A DNA stretch of 64,000 bases. Origin: Thermoplasmatales archaeon. GTDB taxonomy: Archaea > Thermoplasmatota > Thermoplasmata > Thermoplasmatales > GCA-001856825. Position numbers and translations under genes: made by a program. A model generated the notes under the pieces. It was not told where the DNA came from and did no database searches. It saw only the letters and a program-made list of their open reading frames with translations. How positions within the stretch are numbered: position 1 is the stretch's first letter; every line of letters begins with the position of its first letter. Where the stretch lies: assembly GCA_027345195.1 (NCBI GenBank), contig DAHWIJ010000033.1:81019-145018 (forward strand). Direction: 5' to 3'. This document shows, in pieces, positions 18,395 through 27,278 of the stretch.

Positions 18395-19759
18395 ATGAAA
18401 GTTTGCATTAACAGCCAGACGCCAGTGGTAAGATTCAAAATCAGTTATGGTGATCTTTTGGATAAATATGGAGATTTGCCTGATCCGTTGGATTTAGGAG
18501 AGCTCGAAGAGGGAATAGACTACGAATTCACGCCTGGAGGTGTCACCAATATGCTTTACCCGGCGGTAAACAATATGCTTACCAGCGGTTTCCTTGAAAA
18601 GGTTGTATGGGTCTCGCTTGGCGTGAACTATCCTCCAAGACTCTCCACAGGAAACCTTACCATTTCCCACGTGGAGATTGAGGAAAGAGTCCTCAGGAAT
18701 TATACAACGTTCAAAGAGGGATTGTGGTCGGAGATTCACGGAATAGGAAAGTCAAAATTCAAGCAGGATGAGTTCAACGCATACGCAATATATAACTGGG
18801 AAAACGCGAAGAAAATGTTCGAATACATGAGCGATACAGACCTTTTCTACGTTCAGGATTTCCAGTTGCTTATGACTGGCACCTTCATCGGCCCATCCGC
18901 ACCCGCAGTACTTCGATGGCACATTCCATTCGTTCCCGAAAAGATGGGAACGTTCGCAAGGAGGGTCGTGATAAAGGGAATGGAGAGTTTCGATGCGGTC
19001 GTGGTGAGCACCAGGAGGGATCTGGAAGGGCTCATAAAATCGGACTATAGGGGGAGAGCATATCAACTCTACCCTTACATAGACGAGAATGAGTGGAAGG
19101 ATGCTCCACCACCGCATGAATTGGAAAAGCTCAAGGAAAAGATAGGTCTCAGACCAGACGAGAGACTGGTAACAGTAGTAGCGAGAATGGACAGAATAAA
19201 GTCGCAGGATATCGCCATAAAGGCATTCGCGTTGGCATCCAAGAGGGAGAAATTGAAGCTGGCTCTTGTTGGTGACGGAAGCTTTTCGTCATCCTCCAAA
19301 GGGGGTCTAAGCGTAGGGAAGGGAAGAGCTTGGAGAGCTGAACTTGAAAGACTAGTCAAGGAGCTTGGACTTGAGGACAAGGTAATTTTCCTTGGACATT
19401 CCCCAAAAGAAGAGCTAAGGGCCGCGTATTACCTATCATCTGTGGTGGTGCTTTCCTCATCTTTGGAAGGGTTCGGAATAACCGTCCTCGAAGCCTGGGC
19501 TAGCAAGAAACCAGTAGTGGTGAGTTCTGGGTGCGGAGTAAGTGAGTTAGTAGTCAACGATTCTAACGGTTATGTTTTTCAGCCTGGTGACTTTGAAACC
19601 GCGAGCCAAATGATCCTGAAAGCAATTGGGAGTGCTTCAGACCGCCTAGGAGAGAATGGATTCGAAAGTTCAAAGCAGTGCTTCCTCACTACGGCAATAG
19701 AAAGGGAGAAAAAGATCTTTGAAGAAGTGGGAAGGGAATTCAAGCTAGACCAAGAATGA
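18395..19759 (+). CDS. GT4-family glycosyltransferase (possibly TreT/trehalose-synthase-like)
   Basis: C-terminal EGFGITVLEAWASKKPVVVSSGCGVSELV (GT4 E-x7-E region). RWHIPF in the N-domain resembles the WRCHID of TreT-type enzymes (weak). Start set to the ATG at 18395, downstream of a TATA-like box. Confidence 0.75.
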   Translation: MKVCINSQTPVVRFKISYGDLLDKYGDLPDPLDLGELEEGIDYEFTPGGVTNMLYPAVNNMLTSGFLEKVVWVSLGVNYPPRLSTGNLTISHVEIEERVLRNYTTFKEGLWSEIHGIGKSKFKQDEFNAYAIYNWENAKKMFEYMSDTDLFYVQDFQLLMTGTFIGPSAPAVLRWHIPFVPEKMGTFARRVVIKGMESFDAVVVSTRRDLEGLIKSDYRGRAYQLYPYIDENEWKDAPPPHELEKLKEKIGLRPDERLVTVVARMDRIKSQDIAIKAFALASKREKLKLALVGDGSFSSSSKGGLSVGKGRAWRAELERLVKELGLEDKVIFLGHSPKEELRAAYYLSSVVVLSSSLEGFGITVLEAWASKKPVVVSSGCGVSELVVNDSNGYVFQPGDFETASQMILKAIGSASDRLGENGFESSKQCFLTTAIEREKKIFEEVGREFKLDQE

Positions 19760-19792
19760 TGATGGAACTCTCTTTAGCAGTGACCTAGACTG

Positions 19793-20956
19793 TCACTCAA
19801 GTGCTATCTTCAGGTCCTCTATCAGATCCTCTTTATCCTCGACCCCGACAGACATCCTCACTAGTCCCTCTGAGATTCCCGCTTCCTTTCGCTCCTCCTG
19901 GCTAAGGCTGAGATGTGATGTCTCCGCGGGAAGCGTGAAGAGCGATTCCACGCCGCCCAGACTAGGAGCGTAAGAGAATATCTTGAGTTTTTTGGCCATC
20001 TCTTTAGCAGATTTTAACCCACCAGAAAGTTCGAAAGAAACCATCCCACCGAAACCTCTCAAATTTCTCTTTGCAATTCCGTTGTATTCTGATACTTCCA
20101 ACCCGGGATAAAGGACTTTTGAAACCCTCTTGTTCTCTGCCAGGAACTTGGCTACCTCAAGTCCGTTCTCATTATGAGCTTTCATCCTGAGTCCTAGCGT
20201 TTTTATCCCCCTGAGACCAAGGTAAGCCTGGATGGGATCGGGCGAGGTACCTAGCATCTTTCTCTTGGCCCATACCGACTCCATTTCCTTCTTGTCGAAT
20301 CCGGCCAATCCAAGCAGGATATCGCTGTGGCCGCCTATGTATTTTGTCCCGCTATGAAGGGTAAAGGAAGCTCCAAATCTTGAAGGGTTCTGATTATACG
20401 GGGAGGCAAAGGTTGCGTCAACTATGAGAGGGATTTCCGCTTCACGGGACATCTTTCCAAGAAGTTCAAGGTCACAGACTCCAAGAGTAGGATTGACAAC
20501 CGATTCAGTGTATATGGCGGCATAATTATCCAGTTTCACTTCCCCAGAGTTGAGCTGGTCAAGTTTAACAAAATCAACTCCTATACCGATAGAAGGGAGG
20601 AATCTAGAGAAGAATATAAAGGTCTCACCGTACAGTTCCTTCACCGACACCAATTTGTCTCCTTTCCTTAGGACTGAAAGAACTGTAGAAGTAATTGCCC
20701 CCATTCCTGTTGAGAAAGAGAGTGATTCCTCGACCAAGTCCAAAGAGGCATATTTTCTTTCTAGAGCCTCTAGAGTGGGATTGCCCCATCTGGTGTACAT
20801 AAATGGTTTACCCCTTGTATGATCTGTATATGCCGAGGGATTGGGATTCGGGTTGTAAAATGTTGATGTCTCGAATATCGGTGTCGTCACATTACCTACC
20901 GTCGCGTCCCTGAACTCCCCTGCTTGAACTGCCCTAGTGTTGAAGCCTGTCTCCAT
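19793..20956 (-). CDS. Cys/Met-metabolism PLP enzyme (cystathionine gamma-synthase/lyase or O-acetylhomoserine sulfhydrylase family)
   Basis: HSGTKYIGGHSD (PLP lysine), TPIFETSTF, YTRWGNPT. Confidence 0.85.
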   Translation of the reverse strand: METGFNTRAVQAGEFRDATVGNVTTPIFETSTFYNPNPNPSAYTDHTRGKPFMYTRWGNPTLEALERKYASLDLVEESLSFSTGMGAITSTVLSVLRKGDKLVSVKELYGETFIFFSRFLPSIGIGVDFVKLDQLNSGEVKLDNYAAIYTESVVNPTLGVCDLELLGKMSREAEIPLIVDATFASPYNQNPSRFGASFTLHSGTKYIGGHSDILLGLAGFDKKEMESVWAKRKMLGTSPDPIQAYLGLRGIKTLGLRMKAHNENGLEVAKFLAENKRVSKVLYPGLEVSEYNGIAKRNLRGFGGMVSFELSGGLKSAKEMAKKLKIFSYAPSLGGVESLFTLPAETSHLSLSQEERKEAGISEGLVRMSVGVEDKEDLIEDLKIALE

Positions 20957-21215
20957 GGTATATGAAACTCAAAACTGATATTTAATGGTGAACACTTAGG
21001 CGATTTTATTGGAACGTAACGTGGAATGCACAGGTGACTAATGAGGGAAGTATAGGACGAATAAATTCAGACCTTACCATGATGTCGATGAACGGAAATA
21101 ATTCCTCTATTGCGACCTCACAACACATCCTTACATCACCTTTGAATCCATAATGGTTCAACGTGACCCTCCTATCTTTCAAAATACCTAAATATCTTCC
21201 AACGCTCTCGCAACG

Positions 21216-21644
21216 ATGACAGACTCTAATGATAAGAATCACTTTAGCATGGAGTACGTGGTAGCTTGGGTCGACACTGACGCCCTCGGTATCGTACACT
21301 TTTCGAATTACTTTAGGTTATGCGAAAGAACTGAACAACTTTTCTTTGAATCGAAGGGGCTCTACGGACGAAACAAAGTCTTCCTCCCCAGAGTCCACGC
21401 CTCGTGCGATTACCTGTACCCAATGCGCTTTAGACAAAGAGCAAGAGTGGAGATGTCCTTAAAAGAAGTCGGAAAGAGGAGCTTAACATTTGAGTATACT
21501 ATAGTCAATGAATCTGAAGGAAAGGTTAGTGCGAAGTGCCGTATCGTCGTCGCTTCCGTAGAAGAAAATATGCGACCTGTGGAAATTGACGAAGACATGA
21601 AGAAAAGTCTGAGAGAGATATTAAATCCAGAAGTGGTAAATTGA
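21216..21644 (+). CDS. hotdog-fold acyl-CoA thioesterase (4HBT/YbgC family)
   Basis: VDTDALGIVHFSNYFRLCE motif; 142 aa. Confidence 0.75.
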   Translation: MTDSNDKNHFSMEYVVAWVDTDALGIVHFSNYFRLCERTEQLFFESKGLYGRNKVFLPRVHASCDYLYPMRFRQRARVEMSLKEVGKRSLTFEYTIVNESEGKVSAKCRIVVASVEENMRPVEIDEDMKKSLREILNPEVVN

Positions 21645-22043
21645 ATGTGAATGGCATCTAGGACTTTCAGCCGTCTATCTCTATAGAAGGTACAGTAACC
21701 TACATTTAAAACGATGTAACCTATTTGAAAAGCAGGAATGTGCAGAATGGCAAATATGGTAGTCTGAGACGTATCACCATCGCGGGTACTCTCTTATAGC
21801 ATGTCTGTGACCTGGTAAAATTCAGCGATGAAGACGAATTAGATAACACCAATTGAATAATGATGTCCCTAAGCGATACGGGATTTTTATTCAATGTCCT
21901 TCCTAGGCTTCTCTAATCTCACACACGTGTTAAGGCAGTGGGGACGCATCCTTCTGTCAATCCAAAACAACGGAAGAAAATTCTTCAAAATCTCTTATTG
22001 GTGCTTTTGACCTCGTGGAAACCAGTACAACAAACTTCACTAT

Positions 22044-23351
22044 TTACTTCCTCCTTAATTTTACGTAGAAGTATACCCCGGAAACGACGACCCCGACGAC
22101 GGTCAAAATTGTCACAATTACGGGCGAAGTCAGAATGAGCAAGACGCCCAAGACAACAAATATGATTGATGTTACTAGGAAAATAATTGTACCGCCACGC
22201 ACCCTGAACGGTATTTCTGATCCTTGTAACTTTCTGTGATGCCAGAGTGCACTATATGCCACGAAAGCATACATGAAAGAATCAAATAGCGCCGCAATAA
22301 GCACTGGCACTTGGAAACTCTTGGTTGCATAAACGAGTACCGAAATAGTTAGTGCTATGACATAAAGAAAGATGAGGGACGCTGTGGGGGTGAAGAATCT
22401 CGAATTGATCTTTCCCAAGAATGAAGGAAGTGTCCCTTCCCTTCCTAGTGCATATATAAGTCTCGAAGTACCCAGTATCCCGGCATTGAAAGTGCCGAAA
22501 CTCATCACAGCACTGACTAGTGCGACCACAACGGCGGAATCCTTATTGAGCATGTATTTCCCAAGGACAATCTGTGGCACCGGAGACGAGACTACAAGAT
22601 CGATAGGAACCCTAGTGAAAATTGCCGACGAGACAAACATGAATATTATTCCCAGCATGACTATAGCAATGGGCATAGCTTTGGGAATTCCTCTCTTAAA
22701 GTCAAGTGCTTCTTCTCCCAATGTTGTAACCCTCCCGAATCCAAGGAAGAAATAGACTCCTACAGCAGCTGCAGTAAGAGAATCCACCACATTGACGCTA
22801 CCCCCGGTATTCACATTTACGTGGGGGGTGAGCAAGGCAACAATTGATATTGCTATGAGAGAAAGTGCTATGAAGAAAGTAATCCCCATCTGGAAATTCC
22901 CGGAAACCTCTACGCCTACAGCATTTATCACCACTATTACCGTTAACGAGATCACTGACCAAAGTATTGATGGGAGAAGGGGAATGAGAAAATGCAGAAC
23001 ATTACCAAGCACATACGCTTCTACCCCTGCAGCACCCAGAATGATGATAGTCCACATAAAAGAAAGGGTAACGGATATGACGTTCCCCATTGGCCTCTTG
23101 AGGAACACACGATTTCCTGCAGCAGATGGGTAAATGCTCACAAGTTCTCCATATGAAAGCGCAGCTGCAGTAGCGAGAACAGTTGATATTACAACTGCCA
23201 ATAGCATGCTTGGGAAATTGGACGTGTAAGTTTCCATGATTATAATGCTCAGAAATACGGATGCAGCTAACGGGGTTCCCATTGTCACAGCGACTAACCT
23301 AGTAAATTTCAGACTCCGCTTAAGATTAGGTGCTATTCCCATCACCTCCAT
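22044..23351 (-). CDS. APC-superfamily transporter (amino acid/polyamine type)
   Basis: 435 aa, 12 TM helices, YGELVSIYPSAAGNRVF motif. Start overlaps the upstream SCP2 gene by 10 nt. Confidence 0.75.
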   Translation of the reverse strand: MEVMGIAPNLKRSLKFTRLVAVTMGTPLAASVFLSIIIMETYTSNFPSMLLAVVISTVLATAAALSYGELVSIYPSAAGNRVFLKRPMGNVISVTLSFMWTIIILGAAGVEAYVLGNVLHFLIPLLPSILWSVISLTVIVVINAVGVEVSGNFQMGITFFIALSLIAISIVALLTPHVNVNTGGSVNVVDSLTAAAVGVYFFLGFGRVTTLGEEALDFKRGIPKAMPIAIVMLGIIFMFVSSAIFTRVPIDLVVSSPVPQIVLGKYMLNKDSAVVVALVSAVMSFGTFNAGILGTSRLIYALGREGTLPSFLGKINSRFFTPTASLIFLYVIALTISVLVYATKSFQVPVLIAALFDSFMYAFVAYSALWHHRKLQGSEIPFRVRGGTIIFLVTSIIFVVLGVLLILTSPVIVTILTVVGVVVSGVYFYVKLRRK

Positions 23352-23701
23352 AGGAGCCTGGCAATGGCATCAAGCACAATCTGATCTCTTTCGGAGCCAT
23401 ACGTTTCTACAACGCCATCCAGGTAGAGATGGGCTATCTTTTCCTGTCCTTTGAACATTCTGATCAGGGTATCGGATTCCCCTATTACCTTGACTTTCCC
23501 ATCATCTATGGATTCTGCTTTCATAATGCCTGTAATCTTTCCCTCGTTCACGGAGAGTATGAAACCTGCATTTAAGTCCTTGCCCCATATGTTGACGACA
23601 GAGCTCCACTTCTTTATTAGCTTTTGTACCTTTTCATTGGTGTTAACGTCAGCGGTAAACTTCTCTATATTTTCCCTCAGTTCTGAAATTTTATCAATCA
23701 T
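23342..23701 (-). CDS. SCP2-fold small protein (paralogue 3)
   Basis: 119 aa ending ...TLIRMFKGQEKIAHLYLDGVVETYGSERDQ, which matches the SCP2 C-terminal pattern (G-x-L-x-p...G-x-l-x-v-x-G). TGATG overlap with the upstream gene. Confidence 0.55.
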   Translation of the reverse strand: MIDKISELRENIEKFTADVNTNEKVQKLIKKWSSVVNIWGKDLNAGFILSVNEGKITGIMKAESIDDGKVKVIGESDTLIRMFKGQEKIAHLYLDGVVETYGSERDQIVLDAIARLLWR

Positions 23702-24132
23702 CAGACGACACCACTTGCAATTCTTGCAAGGTCCTCTGCTGCGAGAACGTATCTGGACAGCCGTGCGATGTCTCCTGTCACCTTAAGGTCCCCCTTCAAC
23801 ATTGAATTTATAAGACTTGTCTTCCCTTCCATCAAATTCTCCCAGGTAGAAGCCCTACCGCTTATCAGGTACTCATCAAGCGTGATGTCTTCTGAGTCCT
23901 TAATTTCGATACCATTACATCTTCCATCTTTCAGAACCATTTTCACAACCATTTTCATTCCTGCCTTCACGTTATAGGAATCCTTATCCCCAATTATAGA
24001 GAAGGTGATGCTCCACTTCCACCCTTTACCGTCTTTTCTATATTTCTCGTCTTCGTTTATCTTCCTGCAAAATTCTGTGAACCACTCGCCCGAAAATTTC
24101 GCCTTCACAGGTACCCCTCTCCAGCTGCCCAC
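23701..24132 (-). CDS. SCP2-fold small protein (paralogue 2)
   Basis: FSGEWFTEFCRKINEDEKYRKDGKGW... then TWENLMEGKTSLINSMLKGDLKVTGDIARL (classic SCP2 'G-K-L-x-v-x-G-D'). Confidence 0.6.
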   Translation of the reverse strand: MGSWRGVPVKAKFSGEWFTEFCRKINEDEKYRKDGKGWKWSITFSIIGDKDSYNVKAGMKMVVKMVLKDGRCNGIEIKDSEDITLDEYLISGRASTWENLMEGKTSLINSMLKGDLKVTGDIARLSRYVLAAEDLARIASGVV

Positions 24133-24563
24133 TTCTGAAACTGAATTTTGGTGGGAAGTACTGATTCACTGCATACCTTCCTGATGATAACCTCCATTCT
24201 ATCTGATGCCGCCTGGATCTGTAATGCCTTTTTCATTGGACCCTTAAATTCCAACGTTCCGTCTATCACAAGGGATACAAAGCTGTCATCTCCCTTCAGA
24301 AGACGAATGAGAGTATCGTAGTCATTCACGTAATAGATTATTTCCGCCTCCTTCTCTTTCTTAGCAAGTTTCTTCTTCGGGACCAGGAAGAATTCCTCAA
24401 TTTCCCCATCCGTGGTTTTCTGCCATACCCCTATCTTGAGATCTTTAAGATAGATGAGCTCTGTAGTGGTATAGGACCCCCTGCCAAATTCTCTGAAAGA
24501 TTTATCGCTGTTGAGCGTGTCTTTCAGATACTTGAAAAATTCTGACGTCCCGAATCGCAACAT
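24105..24563 (-). CDS. SCP2-fold small protein (paralogue 1)
   Basis: FGTSEFFKYLKDTLNSDKSFREF... then TLIRLLKGDDSFVSLVIDGTLEFKGPMKKA. Confidence 0.6.
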   Translation of the reverse strand: MLRFGTSEFFKYLKDTLNSDKSFREFGRGSYTTTELIYLKDLKIGVWQKTTDGEIEEFFLVPKKKLAKKEKEAEIIYYVNDYDTLIRLLKGDDSFVSLVIDGTLEFKGPMKKALQIQAASDRMEVIIRKVCSESVLPTKIQFQKWAAGEGYL

Positions 24564-24566
24564 GAT

Positions 24567-25721
24567 TCAAAATTCCTCTATTTCTACATATTTCTTTACA
24601 ATAATTTTCCTTTTTCTCAGTTCTTTAAACAGGAAATCAGGCTCAATGATTCCTTCTGGAGCATAGATACCGTTCTTCAGAGGATGAGTCTCTGCAAGAT
24701 ATCTGGCACCAATGGCCGCTGGTATCCCCGTCAGTCTCTTCATTCTATCTACGCCTGCATACCGTACCGTCATTCTTTTCCCTTTCTTCTTTCCTTTAAC
24801 TTCGACCCAGAATGCTGACTTGTCCACCCCTCCGGCTTTGAATTGGTCAAGCGTATCATGAACAAAAGCAACAAGAAATTCCCTGGTTGATATTCTGGTT
24901 CCTTCTACTTCTACATACTTGTTTTCTGTGAGCCCTATGTCCGCAAATTGAGAAACTAGATGATTCTGCCAGTCAGGTATCAGCGCTCCTCTTACAGTCA
25001 CTGTTTCAACTCCCTTGAGGAACCTGGGTATGGTTATGGGCTCCGGATGACCCGTAAAGTAGGTGTCCACCTTATTGATCGGATCTGGAAAGTCGATTTC
25101 CCTATGGAACTGTCTTGCCGGCACTTTTACCAATTCTCCGTTGAGAAACATTGGTACATCCCCAGTAACTGCGTGAAAGGTATGCTCTATGACGGCTTTA
25201 CCTGCTGAATCGGCTGCACTTCCTACCCACGCGATATTTATTTCCTTGACACTATCCATCTGGTCATATCCATCCCTAGCACAGACGTTAGTGATACCTG
25301 GGGTCCATCCCATTCCTACTATGATGCGCGCATTTACTTTTATATCTTTTTTACTGGCTATAAATACATCAGATGTAACGTCGTAGTCATCACAAATGTC
25401 CACGTAACCTACATCAACTGTCTTTACTATATCTGTGATTTTCTTCTCGAACCGGTAGAACGGTCCCACAGTATTAACGATAACATCTGCTCCCTGTACT
25501 GCTTTTGCTAATTCCCGATTGTTGTTTACGTCAATCCTGAGGCCCTTTGCTCTTATTCCTTTCTTCTTAAGCGTTGAAATTGTGCTTTCGATTGACTTTT
25601 CGCTTATGTCGCCTACGACCAGTTCGTCAGCGCCATAGGAACCCAGGTCTTCAACAACCGAGGAACCCATGTCACCCGCTCCGCCTAGTACGAGAAATGA
25701 TTTTGGCATCATTTGAATCAT
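24567..25721 (-). CDS. saccharopine dehydrogenase-family NAD(P)-dependent oxidoreductase
   Basis: N-terminal Rossmann VLGGAGDMGSSVV, VNTVGPFYRF, GWTPGITN and a C-terminal LTGIPAAIGA region, as in the Sacchrp_dh N+C domains. Confidence 0.8.
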   Translation of the reverse strand: MIQMMPKSFLVLGGAGDMGSSVVEDLGSYGADELVVGDISEKSIESTISTLKKKGIRAKGLRIDVNNNRELAKAVQGADVIVNTVGPFYRFEKKITDIVKTVDVGYVDICDDYDVTSDVFIASKKDIKVNARIIVGMGWTPGITNVCARDGYDQMDSVKEINIAWVGSAADSAGKAVIEHTFHAVTGDVPMFLNGELVKVPARQFHREIDFPDPINKVDTYFTGHPEPITIPRFLKGVETVTVRGALIPDWQNHLVSQFADIGLTENKYVEVEGTRISTREFLVAFVHDTLDQFKAGGVDKSAFWVEVKGKKKGKRMTVRYAGVDRMKRLTGIPAAIGARYLAETHPLKNGIYAPEGIIEPDFLFKELRKRKIIVKKYVEIEEF

Positions 25722-25962
25722 AGAATTTCCAATATTTAAGAATTCCTCGGATTATACGTCATTTCTGCTACTTCAGAGATGGAAGATTTGGCTACAAATG
25801 TGAAATGCTTTAAATCTGAGCTGAAAAAATTACAAAGTTTCCGATCAAATTTTTCGGAAATGCCTAAGAAAAATCTACGTACCAATCTAATGAAGAATTC
25901 AGTGGATTGGAATTATTTTAAAGGGGTTTCCAAAATAATCGAGAAGTGTAGAGTAGATTTGG

Positions 25963-27186
25963 CTAGGCCCAAGATTCACCTTGGGAGGCCATTTCCTTAC
26001 TTGCCTGCTGATTACTGATCATACTCCTCTGTCTTTTGACCCATATATTGTATAGAGATTTCTGATGCGCCTTTTCTTCTAAAGACCTACCGAGTTCTGC
26101 ATCCAACCCTTCAAGATACTCATAGAATTCCCTGATTGTCGAGTCTTCTGGAGTGTGTTGACTCTCAAGAACTTTCATGATACGAGAGAATCTTGTAAAT
26201 ACTTCTTCCTGTATGACTGATACTTTAGATCTATAATTTTCATAAGCATCTGGAGAGCCTTCGAACAATTTCAGATGTTGTAATTCTGCTTTTTCCCAAA
26301 ATCCCTTTTCCTTCAAGGGAGAACTGAGAATCACACCATTTTTGAAAATTATTGGCCTGTAGAGTGAGACACAAGGGCTGCTCGTATATGTGGTCCAAAC
26401 AGTGATAAAATCCTTTCTTAACTCAGCGACAAAAGAGTTTACCGTTTGATCCCTCCTAGAGAGGAATCCGCCGTGCATGCATATGTCCTTGTTGTTTCCG
26501 TTCTTGGGATGAATGAATCCCTCGTGGTGCGACTTCATTATTCCTATGATGTCGCGGACATCTCCGGTCTTCTCTATCAAAGAGAAAGTCTTCTTTTGCC
26601 TGATATATCCTTTTCCTAGTGTGGTATAAAAATAGTTCAGTCCGTACCTTTTCACAGATGGGAAATTTGATATCGACCCGAAATTCTTGATTTCCTTTAC
26701 TTCGTGCTCTCTCCCCTCTGTTTCTAGGATAAATGCCTCATTCATGTCAGTAATTAAGAAGGAATTGTCATAATACAAACCTGTTGTATGACTGTTTGAC
26801 CCGCCTATGCCATATGATTCAACATATTCCCTCATAACTTCAGTAGCATGACGGGCTGATTTCCCTTTCTCGAGTCCCAATCTCAGAAGGTCCATGCCAA
26901 GAAGGCTCCTAGTCTTTTTCTTGCTCCTTGAGAAAATTGCCTCATTACCAATTGCGACCCCCTTCTCGCTTACCCCCATTTCAGCCCCCCACATCCAGTA
27001 AGGCCTGGATATGATCACAGCGTTAGCTGGAGCGTTAAAATCCACCTGGATGTATGTTGCATTTACCTTATCCTGAAAGTCAATTCTTGGGTAATATTCT
27101 ACATACTGTGCTTCCGAAGGTTCCCGATCACTATTTTTGGCGAAATATGTCGAGGTCTTGTTTATTTTGCAGATTGTGTCACACAT
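25963..27186 (-). CDS. Ntn-hydrolase, peptidase C69/secernin-like
   Basis: Begins MCDT (Cys2 as the N-terminal nucleophile after Met removal), followed by FAKNSDREPSEAQ, the secernin/C69 signature. Confidence 0.65.
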   Translation of the reverse strand: MCDTICKINKTSTYFAKNSDREPSEAQYVEYYPRIDFQDKVNATYIQVDFNAPANAVIISRPYWMWGAEMGVSEKGVAIGNEAIFSRSKKKTRSLLGMDLLRLGLEKGKSARHATEVMREYVESYGIGGSNSHTTGLYYDNSFLITDMNEAFILETEGREHEVKEIKNFGSISNFPSVKRYGLNYFYTTLGKGYIRQKKTFSLIEKTGDVRDIIGIMKSHHEGFIHPKNGNNKDICMHGGFLSRRDQTVNSFVAELRKDFITVWTTYTSSPCVSLYRPIIFKNGVILSSPLKEKGFWEKAELQHLKLFEGSPDAYENYRSKVSVIQEEVFTRFSRIMKVLESQHTPEDSTIREFYEYLEGLDAELGRSLEEKAHQKSLYNIWVKRQRSMISNQQASKEMASQGESWA

Positions 27187-27278
27187 TTGTATTCAGATAC
27201 CAATAAGTGAAATTCCCGTATTTAATTCCTGTGAAAAAATAGAATATTAGTTATACATGTAAATGATGATTAGTTAAT

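Noticed and set aside
19779-19797. Perfect 6-bp hairpin AGTGAC-ctagact-GTCACT between convergent genes, and an ATGATGA (C-box-like) at 19755-19761.
   Set aside because: - The hairpin overlaps the stop codon of the PLP-enzyme gene.
- There is no D box and no T-run.
- The element is too small to call as a terminator or sRNA.
21006-21299. 97-aa ORF (-) spanning the spacer and the start of the thioesterase gene.
   Set aside because: It is antisense to the well-supported thioesterase N-terminus and has no recognisable features.
21645-22043. 400-nt spacer examined for a tRNA, a C/D-box sRNA (aATGATGt at about 21880) or a small ORF. ORF 21938-22138(+) also lies here.
   Set aside because: - No D box (CTGA) sits at the right spacing, no terminal stem is present, and no cloverleaf can be drawn.
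- The listed ORF overlaps the permease 3' end and is Arg/Lys/Ser-rich junk-like sequence.
- The spacer probably holds 3' UTRs of convergent genes.
25779-26018. 79-aa ORF (+) upstream of the saccharopine-dehydrogenase operon.
   Set aside because: It overlaps the 3' end of the C69-like gene on the other strand, is Lys/Asn-rich sequence in an AT-rich promoter region, and has no motif.
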